A DNA stretch of 64,000 nt from Octopus vulgaris. Taxonomy: Eukaryota. The stretch is taken from assembly GCA_951406725.2 (NCBI GenBank), contig OX597824.1:81840001-81904000 (forward strand), read 5' to 3'. The notes beneath the pieces are model-generated. The model did no database searches. It was not told the DNA's origin and worked only from the letters and a program-made list of their open reading frames with translations. A program made the translations under genes and the position numbers. This document shows, in pieces, positions 54,045 through 64,000 of the stretch. Positions within the stretch are counted from its first letter, which is position 1, and the number at the start of each line of letters is the position of its first letter.

Positions 54045-54711
54045 TATTCTTTTATTTGTTTCAGTCATTTGACTACGACCATGCTGGAGCACCACTTTAG
54101 TCGAACAAATCGACCCCAGGACTTATTCTTTGTAAGCCTAGCACATATCTTGTCGGTCTCATTTCACGAACCGCTAATTAACGCGGACGTAAGCACACCA
54201 GCATTGGTCGTCAAGTGGAGGCGACAAATACAGACACACAAACACGCACATATATACACGACGGGCTTCTTTCAGTTTCTGCCTACCAAATCCACTCACT
54301 AGGATTCGGTCAGCCTGAGGCTATAGTAGAAGACACTTGCCCAAGGTGCCACGCAGTTGGCTGAAGCGTTAGCACGCTGAGGAAAATGCTTCGCGGTATT
54401 TCTTCTGTCTTACGTTCTGAGTTCAAATTCCGCCGAGGTCGACTTTGCCTTTCACCCTTTCGGGGTCGATAAATTAAGTACCAGTTACGCACTGGGGTCG
54501 ATGTAATCGACTTAATACCTATGTCTGTCCTTGTTTGTCCCCTCTGTGTTTAGCCCCTTGTGGGTAATAAAGAAATAGGTACCACGCAGTGGGACTGAGC
54601 CTAGAACCTTGTGGTTGCTAAGGAAGCTACTTACCACACAACCATGCCTGCGCCTATAGCCATGCCTGCGCCTAGAGCCATGCCTGCGCCTAGAACCATG
54701 CCTGCGCCTAT
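54045..54711 (-). mobile_element. SINE A with a nested + strand SINE B (54358-54578) and a 4x18-bp tandem amplification of its head
   Basis: CCACGCAGT is duplicated on both sides of the B copy; (CCATGCCTGCGCCTAGAG)-like unit x4 at 54641-54711. Confidence 0.8.
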
Positions 54712-54795
54712 GGTCAAGTCATTATAAAGACTCGGCGGTACAGCGTAAATATTGTCGGTCTTCTCCGATATGAACGTATACGTGTATGTATCGCT

Positions 54796-54945
54796 TGCCA
54801 CTACACATTCTGTGTTCCTTTCTATGGAAGAGCGTAGGCTCGAAACATTAAAGACTTTTTCACTTCCCGAGCGTTACACTAACACATCTGTTTATTGTCT
54901 ACACCACCTGTCTTCATCTTTTGCTTTCTTTGTGAATTCTCCCCC
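54796..54945 (+). mobile_element. Short PLE pLTR-like element (sub-family 2)
   Basis: Homologous to 48172-48349; core CTATGGA-A-GAGC-GTAG-GCTC-GAAA. Confidence 0.7.
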
Positions 54946-55452
54946 TATGTATGTATGTACGTATGTATATATGAATTTATGCATGTACCATATCCTCTAT
55001 ATTTTTTGAGCACTCCTTTCTCATTCGATCAACATAAAAAAACACATATATGTGCATGTGCGTATGTGTGAGTGCATGTGTGTGTACGCATGTAACCTGT
55101 GTGTGTATGTGTGTGCGCGTGTGCGCGCGTGCTTTATGTATTGTAAGTAAACAACATATACACATATAGGTGGCCGTGTAAGTGTAGGAGAAAGAGAAAC
55201 AGAAGGCGAAAAAAGGGAGAGAGAGATGTTTACGTTCAAACTAATGAAGAATTGTTCAGAATAGGTAACAAAGTATTGTAATAGTACCGTCCCACGTGGT
55301 TATTGTCGAAATAATAGAACGTGTAACAAAAATATATAACACACGAACCGAATGCACTTTTGCATTGTCTATGGTTGACAACAACACGTTCAGGTGATGG
55401 GATTTATAATGACGACGTTTACGCACGCTAATATATCTGTCTGTCTGTCTGC

Positions 55453-55550
<98 letters not shown>

Positions 55551-55639
55551 GTTTATCTGTCTGTCTACCTGTCTGTCTGTGACTATCTATCTATATCTAT
55601 ATATCTATCTGTCTATCTCTCTCTCTTTCTCCCTCCTTC

Positions 55640-55701
<62 letters not shown>

Positions 55702-55771
55702 AATATATAAATATACGTACACACACACATATATATACATATATGTATCTATATATAAATAAATAAATAAA

Positions 55772-55844
<73 letters not shown>

Positions 55845-55966
55845 GTACACACCAGAAAGACAGACAGACAGATAGACATACAGATAGATACAAATAGATA
55901 AATGCATTGTTTTATGAGCGTGTGTTTGTGTAGCTACATATGCTTGTGTACATATATAGATATATG

Positions 55967-56035
<69 letters not shown>

Positions 56036-56771
56036 ATATATATGTATATATATATATACATATATATGCATATATACACATATGTATATCTATATATACA
56101 TACACACACACACACACATATATTTATATATATACAAACACACAAATGCAAACGCACAATTGTACATATGTTTGTATTCCAAGACATGTTTTGGCAAGTG
56201 CATTTGTATCAATATGTTTGTTTATTCTCATACGTATGCACGCATGCATGCATGCATGCATGCATATATGTACATATGTATGTATGCATGTGTATATAAT
56301 TTACGTACTGATATGGATACGAAAATATGCAGTTTCGATAGATTAGGAAATGAAGATTAAGATCGTTGATAGCTTTTTCCTAGAAAATGGATTCGATATC
56401 ATCCCATTAATACGAAACTCCCTTCGTTCTCTCATCACCCATCCCGTGTACCGCTCCCTGCATCTCTAACCACTGCAAAAAAACAGTGAAGAAATATATA
56501 TAAATAGAATTTATAGAAGGCACTTCCAGCACCGGCATCGCAGCATTCATGTTATGAAGAAGCTTTTATGCGAAGCGACGGGTTCATTGAGTGCAGATTG
56601 CGTCCTCGCAGACTATTATAACTGGTGCTGTTGCACTGTTATATTACGGAACTTTCATGGATGCAGTGCGGTGGATGCAGGCAAGCACTAATTTCGTGTC
56701 ACGCTTAAAGTATGACATATTTATGTTTATATGTTTGTATTTATGCATTAGTACATACGTGCATACATATA

Positions 56772-56824
<53 letters not shown>

Positions 56825-56983
56825 ATAGATATTCATAGATATATATATATATATACATATATCTATATTCATATATATGTATATATGTATATATATATAT
56901 AAATATATATACACGTATACATGTGTATATATACATACACACATATATATGTATATAAACATACACATACATATAGACACACA

Positions 56984-57018
<35 letters not shown>

Positions 57019-57159
57019 CTATATACCTAAGTATATATATACAAATATATTTATCTATGTGTAAATCCATATATATATGGCTTTGTGCATGCTTGTGTGT
57101 GTATGTATATGTGTGTTTGTGCATATATATATATATAAATATATATGTATATATACATA

Positions 57160-57204
<45 letters not shown>

Positions 57205-57219
57205 GTATATATATATATG

Positions 57220-57266
<47 letters not shown>

Positions 57267-57295
57267 GTATGCATATGTGTATATATATATACATT

Positions 57296-57327
<32 letters not shown>

Positions 57328-57328
57328 C

Positions 57329-57376
<48 letters not shown>

Positions 57377-57954
57377 AGTAAAGGGATTGCAAAACGTTAT
57401 TGATACAATCACAATATTTGGAAGAAAATCTTAAAATAAAACATTGATTACATAAAGAATATCGTTGAATAACTTCTGAGAAAAGTAGGGTGACGTCAAC
57501 ATTTCGGATGCAATGTTTGGTAGATATTTCTCGAAATACAAATCAATCACAAAATATATTTTCGGAATAGATATTCAATCATTAATTCCATCTGGAACCC
57601 GAAGTATTTACGTCATGCGTATGTGCATATATTTCAATCTTAGTCTAAGATGCATATATTTGTATAGACACACACGAACATGTATATTTATTTATATCTA
57701 TGTATGTGTATATGTGTGTGTATGTGTGTGTGAGTGAGTGTGTGTGCGTATGCATGTATATATATATATATTATATATATATATATATACAAATATGTAT
57801 ATTTATTTATATCTATGTATGTGTATATGTGTGTGTGTGTGTGTATGTGAGTAAGTGTGTGTGCGTATGCATGTATATATATATATTTATCTAGCCCATT
57901 ATCTACATATATATATGTATAAATATATTTATATATGTATATATCTATATGTAA

Positions 57955-58005
<51 letters not shown>

Positions 58006-58269
58006 AAAGCATGCTTGCATACGTATAAATATAAACAAACATATAGATACAAATGCTCTTGCAAAAATATATATTTGAATACAAACATTTGTGCGTTTGA
58101 ATTTTTGCATGTATATATATATATAAATATATATATGTGTGTGTGTGTGTGTATTTTTATATATTTATACATACGCATACATATGTATATATGTATATAT
58201 ATATATATATATATACATATGTGTATGTATATATGTATATATGTATATGCATATATGTATACTCTATAC

Positions 58270-58313
<44 letters not shown>

Positions 58314-58316
<3 letters not shown>

Positions 58317-58720
58317 AGAATTTATGAAAAATACAAAAGTCGAAGACAGGTGGTGTACAAAACAAACAGATGTATTAGTATGACGCCCAGGAATGGAAAA
58401 AAGTCTTTTACGTTTCGAGCCTACGCTCTTCTACAGAAAGGGACAGAGAAAACAAGGAGAGAAACAAGGAGAGAAAAAATGTGAGTATTGCCTAACGATC
58501 TATCATGGCGTCTGACTCGGACCTTTTTTTGCTGAAAGCAGTGGGAAGGAAGTAAGTGGAAATAATGCTTTAGGCGATGGTGAAGAGTGAGGAGGTAGGA
58601 TTTATAGTCCGGCATGTTGGAATAACGAGGGAAAAAAATTCTTGTGGTGAGGAAAGTAAACGTGGAAAAGAAACATACAAAAGGTGTGATGAGAAAGAAT
58701 CACAAGCGTTTGAAGAAAAA
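58314..58720 (-). mobile_element. PLE pLTR-like element (sub-family 2), longer copy
   Basis: Minus strand CTTT-CTGTAGA-A-GAGC-GTAG-GCTC-GAAA-CGTA-AAAG at 58405-58440; 3' end at (TA)n. Confidence 0.7.
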
Positions 58721-58803
58721 ATAAAAATGAAATGAAATGAAATAAAATAAAATAAAATTTTTAAAAAAATAAAATAAGAATAAAACTAACAATAGAAAAA
58801 AAT

Positions 58804-58865
<62 letters not shown>

Positions 58866-58905
58866 AACATACATGCATGCATACATACATACATACATAC
58901 ATACA

Positions 58906-58940
<35 letters not shown>

Positions 58941-58957
58941 GTATGTATGTATGTTTG

Positions 58958-59365
58958 CAGGCGCAGGAGTGGCTCTGAGGTCTGTAACTCGCTTATCAAC
59001 CACATGGTTCTGGGTTCAGTCCCACTGTTTGGCACCTGAGGCAAGTGTCTTTTACTATATATAGTTACGGGGTGATCAATGTAGACGGAAATTGAAAGAA
59101 ACCTTTCATGTAAATATATATGTGTGTGTGTGTGTGTCTGTCTGTCTGTGCGTGTTGTGTTTCTGTGTCTCTGTTTGTTGACACCACTATCGCTTGACAA
59201 CCGATGCTGGTGTGTTTACGTCCCGTAACTTAGCGGTTCGGAAAAGATAACGATAGAGTAGATACTAGGCTTACAAAGAATAAGTTCTCGGGTCGATTTG
59301 TTTGACTAAAGGCGGTGCTTCAGCATGGCCGTAGTCAAATGAATGAAACAAGTAAAAGAATGAAA
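58958..59365 (+). mobile_element. SINE family A
   Basis: Matches the other family A copies. Confidence 0.85.
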
Positions 59366-59625
59366 GAATTACAGAATATATATATATGTGTGTACATGTA
59401 TGTGTGCTTTTGTGTGTGTGTGTGTGTGTTTGTGTGTGCATGTCTGTATACATGTATGTATATATATATATGCCTATACATAGATAGATAAAGTGGTATA
59501 TATATATATGTGTGTGTGTGTAGAAAGAGAGAGGGAGAGGGTTTTAGATAGATAGATAGATAGATATATAGATAAATAGATAGATACATAGATAGATAGA
59601 TAGATAGATAGAAATACAGATAGAC

Positions 59626-59673
<48 letters not shown>

Positions 59674-59686
59674 GATAGATAGATAA

Positions 59687-59733
<47 letters not shown>

Positions 59734-60342
59734 TAGACTCCTTGTTTTTATTGAACCCTATGTATCCCTTAACGAAACCCAAACGATATACATGTGTATG
59801 TGTGGGTTTGTGTGTGTGTGTGTGTGCGCTTGTGAGTGTGTGTGTGTGTGTGTTTGCGTTTGTGTGTTTATGTGAAGACATTGAGAGAAGGGAAGAGAGT
59901 GGGAAAGTGTGAGAGAGAAAGAGAGAGAGATAAAAGTACTAATATTTAATCACATATCGAAAAATATAAATAATGAGAAATCTAGAAGCCCAAATGGAAT
60001 CTTTACCAAACTGAGCAACAACAGCAGCAACAATAACAACATCAAAAACCGAAAAAGACAAAACAAGCGAAGGCGAGCCTCCTTCAAAAGTGCACCCAAT
60101 AACCTTTTTTCTTAATGAAAAATTTGTAACAAAATTAAAAAGATGGAAAAAGCAAAAACAAACAAAAAGCATGTGAAAATATAAGAATAAAAATTTCAAA
60201 AAAAAGTATTAAAAGATGTAAAAAAATATATAGCATCAAGAATTCTCCAGATTCAACTTTGATACAAATATCGAAATGGGGAAGAATCAACAACGAAACA
60301 ACAAGAACAACAACAACATCAATAGTAATTACTACTTCAACA

Positions 60343-60387
<45 letters not shown>

Positions 60388-60399
60388 GATCATAATAAC

Positions 60400-60454
<55 letters not shown>

Positions 60455-60656
60455 TTCTTTTACTCTTTTACTTGTTTCAGTCATGTGACTGTGGCCACGC
60501 ATTTAGTCGAGAAAATCGACCCCAGGACTTATTCTTTGTAAGCCTAGTACTTATTCTATCGGTCTCTTTTGCCGAATCGCTAAGTTACGGGGATGTAAGC
60601 ACACCAGCATCGGTTGTCAAGCGATGTTGTGACACAAACACACAAACATATACACG

Positions 60657-60694
<38 letters not shown>

Positions 60695-60855
60695 TATATA
60701 TACGACGGGCTTCTCTCAGTTTCTGTCTAACAAATCCACTCACAAGGTTGTGGTCGGCCCGAGGCTATAGTAGAAGACACTTGCCCTAGGCGGGACTGAA
60801 CCCGGAACCATGTGGTTCGTATGCAAGCTACTTACCTCACAGCCACTCCTATGCC
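60455..60855 (-). mobile_element. SINE family A inserted in (AAT)n
   Basis: Matches family A; (AAT)n on both flanks. Confidence 0.88.
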
Positions 60856-60988
<133 letters not shown>

Positions 60989-61125
60989 TATTTGAAGATG
61001 TAGCCCTAACAAGAACCAAGTACCTTAATAGAAGCATGGGCCCAGTGATCCACTATGTCAACCGGTGCGAATTTCTCTGTTTCTAGAGAGAGAGAGTGAA
61101 AGAGTTGGGGGTTAAAACCCGACTA

Positions 61126-61638
61126 CCGTAAATTCTCGAGTATAATCCGCATTTTTTTCCACAAAATTTAAAGGTCAAATTCCCTAGAGCGTACTACATA
61201 CGAGGATCAAAATGAAAAATATTTTCTAAGCAATGTCCGAACCTGTCCAGCAATATTTATTCAGACGCATTTTGTGATGCCGGACACGAAAATACCTTAA
61301 GCTAAGCCTGAAAGCAATGAAGTCAAAAAAGAATCATCCATAACTTGCAGTAAGCAATGTTTATTAAAATAAAAGTATTCAGAACACAGAATAACATGTA
61401 ACAAAAACAATTTGCAAACATATTTACATTCCCATATAACAGTTAAGAACATCACCATTATTGTATTACGCATGCGTGGAAGTGTTTGTTCGACTAGGTG
61501 CTGCTGGCTTAATTACGCACGACTCAAGTTAGAGAGGAGGTGCGCATTATACACAAGGTTCGGGTTTTTCAGAGGTACAGCCCCCTAAAATCCCCTGCGT
61601 ATTATACTCGAGGGCGGACTATACTCGAGAATTTACGG
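61126..61638. mobile_element. 513-bp pogo/Tc1-mariner-type MITE
   Basis: 25-bp TIRs CCGTAAATTCTCGAGTATAATCCGC / GCGGACTATACTCGAGAATTTACGG; TA TSD at 61124-61125 and 61639-61640; sub-terminal repeats. Confidence 0.9.
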
Positions 61639-62097
61639 TACTTGTTTTGGCTTATGAAAATTTCTCTTACTATCACATATTCTTTCAGTACAATGCCTGC
61701 AATATAGATAGCTCACTCTATGAGTTTGACGTCTTCTACACAAGAGAACACAAACATACCGCGTCCCAGTTTGACCAACTTTTATCTAGCTTCCGAAGCA
61801 ATGTATCAAGAATCAAAACGTACAAAAGTAATAAGAGTGTGTGCAATTCGAACTGGTTCCAATAGGTGTCCAATTTTTTCTAACCACAGCAAAGATAGAA
61901 CTGTAAAGTGAAGTGCTCCAGTATCTAAAAACGAGATTGAAACTAGTAGCACTAATGATAAGTAACATATAACAAGGGTCTGTCGAAAGCCAGTTGTCTA
62001 CTATTTACAGAGAAGTATATAGTCGATAACATCTCCGATATCTTACTGGAGTTCAGTTTATCAATTCAAAAAAAAATATAAGGGAAGGTATATATTT

Positions 62098-62500
62098 TTT
62101 TACCACCCACAAGGAGCTATACACAGAGGGGACAAACAAGTACAGACAAACGGATTAAGTCGATTACATCGACTCCAGTGCGTAACTGGTACTTAATTTA
62201 TCTACCCCGAAAAGATGAAAGGCAAAGTCGACCTCGGCGGAATTTGAACCCAGAACGTAACGGCAGACGAAATGCCTATTTCTTTACGACCCACAAGGGG
62301 CTAAAGCCAGAGGGGACAAACAAGGACAGACAAACGGATTAAGTCGATTACATTGACCCCAGTGCGTAACTGGTACTTAATTTATCGACCCCGAAAGGAT
62401 GAAAGGCAAAGTCTATCTCTACGAAATTTGAACCCAGAACGTAACGACAGACGAAATACGGATACGCATTTCACCCGGCGTGCTAACGTTTCTGCCAGAT
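62098..62500 (-). mobile_element. SINE B dimer
   Basis: Two cores with the recurrent junction at ~62273. Confidence 0.85.
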
Positions 62501-62557
62501 CGTATAAGGGAAGATATAAATTCCCCCAGCAGAATTTGAACTGAGAACATAAATAGT

Positions 62558-62948
62558 GGGATGGAAGCACTCAATCGGTTACGACGACGAGGGTTCCGGT
62601 TGATCCGAACCAATGGAACAGCCTGCTCGTGAAATTAACGTGTAAGTGGCTGAGCACTCCACAGACACGTGTACCCTTAACGTAGTTCTCGAGGATATTC
62701 AGCGTGACACAGAGAGTGACAAGGCCGGCCCTTTGAAATACAGGTACAACAGAAATAGGAAGTAAGAGTGAGAGAAAGTTGTGGTGAAAGAGTACAGCAG
62801 GGATCACCACCATCTCCTGCCGGAGCCTCGTGGAGCTTCAGGTGTTTTCGCTCAATAAACACTCACAACGCCCCCGGTCTGGGAATCGAAACCGCGATCC
62901 TATGACCGCGAGTCCGCTGCCCTAACCACTGGGCCATTGCGCCTCCAC
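62558..62948 (-). mobile_element. SINE family D, full length with TSD
   Basis: Near-identical to 39158-39544; TSD ACATAAATAGT at 62547-62557 and 62949-62959. Confidence 0.92.
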
Positions 62949-63521
62949 ACATAAATAGTACAGGATTGAATACAGCAAAGGCTTTGCACAATGGACTACG
63001 AATTTTACCAAGCCCTTCGTGGCAGATGTATATAATAATTTCTAATATAGAATCATAGCCACACTTTTCTGTCTCATATTTCCTTTTCTTTCACTTCATA
63101 AATTTCCCCTAATTACCCCTCTTTTCTTTTCTTCTTTTTTTTTCAATCCCATTTTTCTGTTTCCGTCATATTTCTGTCATTGTCTCTTGTGTTATGTACA
63201 ATATATAGCTTTTGTGTGTTGTTGTTTTCATTGTGGGAAGGGGTCTTCTACCTACACTCCTTCCCTTAACCCCACTGACCTTAAAAATAAACCTTATTTT
63301 TGTTTTGTTTTGTTTTGTTTTGTTCACCTCCCTAATGTATATGCCGTAAAAAAAACTATTTTTTAAAGTTTCAGAACTAATTAACTCGCTCAATAAGTAA
63401 ACAAAAAATACAAATCAGAACAAATAAAGTAATAGGAAAATTAAATTAATATTTAATAATTAATAATAGCAAAATTAAATTAGTAACTAAATTAAACTTC
63501 TCTAAAAATTATCTTTGTCTT

Positions 63522-63565
<44 letters not shown>

Positions 63566-64000
63566 TTCTGCCTTTTCCTCTCCCATGTTCTGTCTCTCTT
63601 CTCTCTCTGTCGCTGGGCGTCACCTCTTCTTGCTGTCTCTCTCTCTCCTTCACATTTCTCTCTCTCTCTCTCTGTCTTTCTTTTGCTTTCTCTGTCTCTT
63701 TCCATGTTATCAAAAATCCCCTAAAGTAAATCGGTCAAGTAATCATTATAAAAAAAAAAATTTTCAGGGGTTATTGAGTACATTTTGGCGGCCATGTTTC
63801 TCTATCTCACTTCTACTTAGAAATTACAAGAAGGAAATATATATATACAGTTTTCTCTGAAGCAATGTTCTGGTTTTTTTTTCATTTTTTTATAGGAACG
63901 ATAAAGGACTGCATCTGATATGAAATACACTCGTAAAAACATATTTTGTGAATTTAAATACACTATCAAATCACAAATTCCAAATCAATACGCAAGTTAT

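Noticed and set aside
54641-54711. 18-bp x4 direct repeat as a regulatory array
   Set aside because: It is a slippage amplification of the first bases of the adjacent SINE A head.
61650-61900. Mariner transposase remnant on the minus strand
   Set aside because: Only a vague resemblance over a few residues; the diagnostic YSPDLAP motif is absent.

Overview
Eukaryotic, AT-rich, repeat-saturated non-coding DNA (intronic or intergenic). The SINE families and extreme microsatellite density suggest an octopus or other cephalopod genome (inference). No intact protein-coding gene is supportable: almost all supplied ORFs are translated (TA)n/(CA)n/(GATA)n/(CATA)n/trinucleotide repeats. The window holds dozens of tRNA-headed SINE copies from about five modular families, decayed fragments of R4/Dong, RTE and another RLE-type non-LTR retrotransposon, mariner/pogo MITEs and one Helitron-like element. 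The most notable content is a dense Penelope-like element (PLE) landscape: four Naiad-type GIY-YIG/linker fragments and about 15 hammerhead-ribozyme (HHR) motifs. Many of these motifs lie in fold-back cassettes built as inverted arm / sense arm with HHR / tail / (TA)n. Highlights are a 580-bp hairpin whose antisense arm has lost exactly the two HHR core strands (6120-6701), a tRNA-headed SINE-like element with an HHR tail (33901-34230), short HHR families with recurrent non-canonical cores, and a TGA at a conserved Naiad zinc-finger cysteine (30293-30295). All coordinates were read by eye and element boundaries are approximate.
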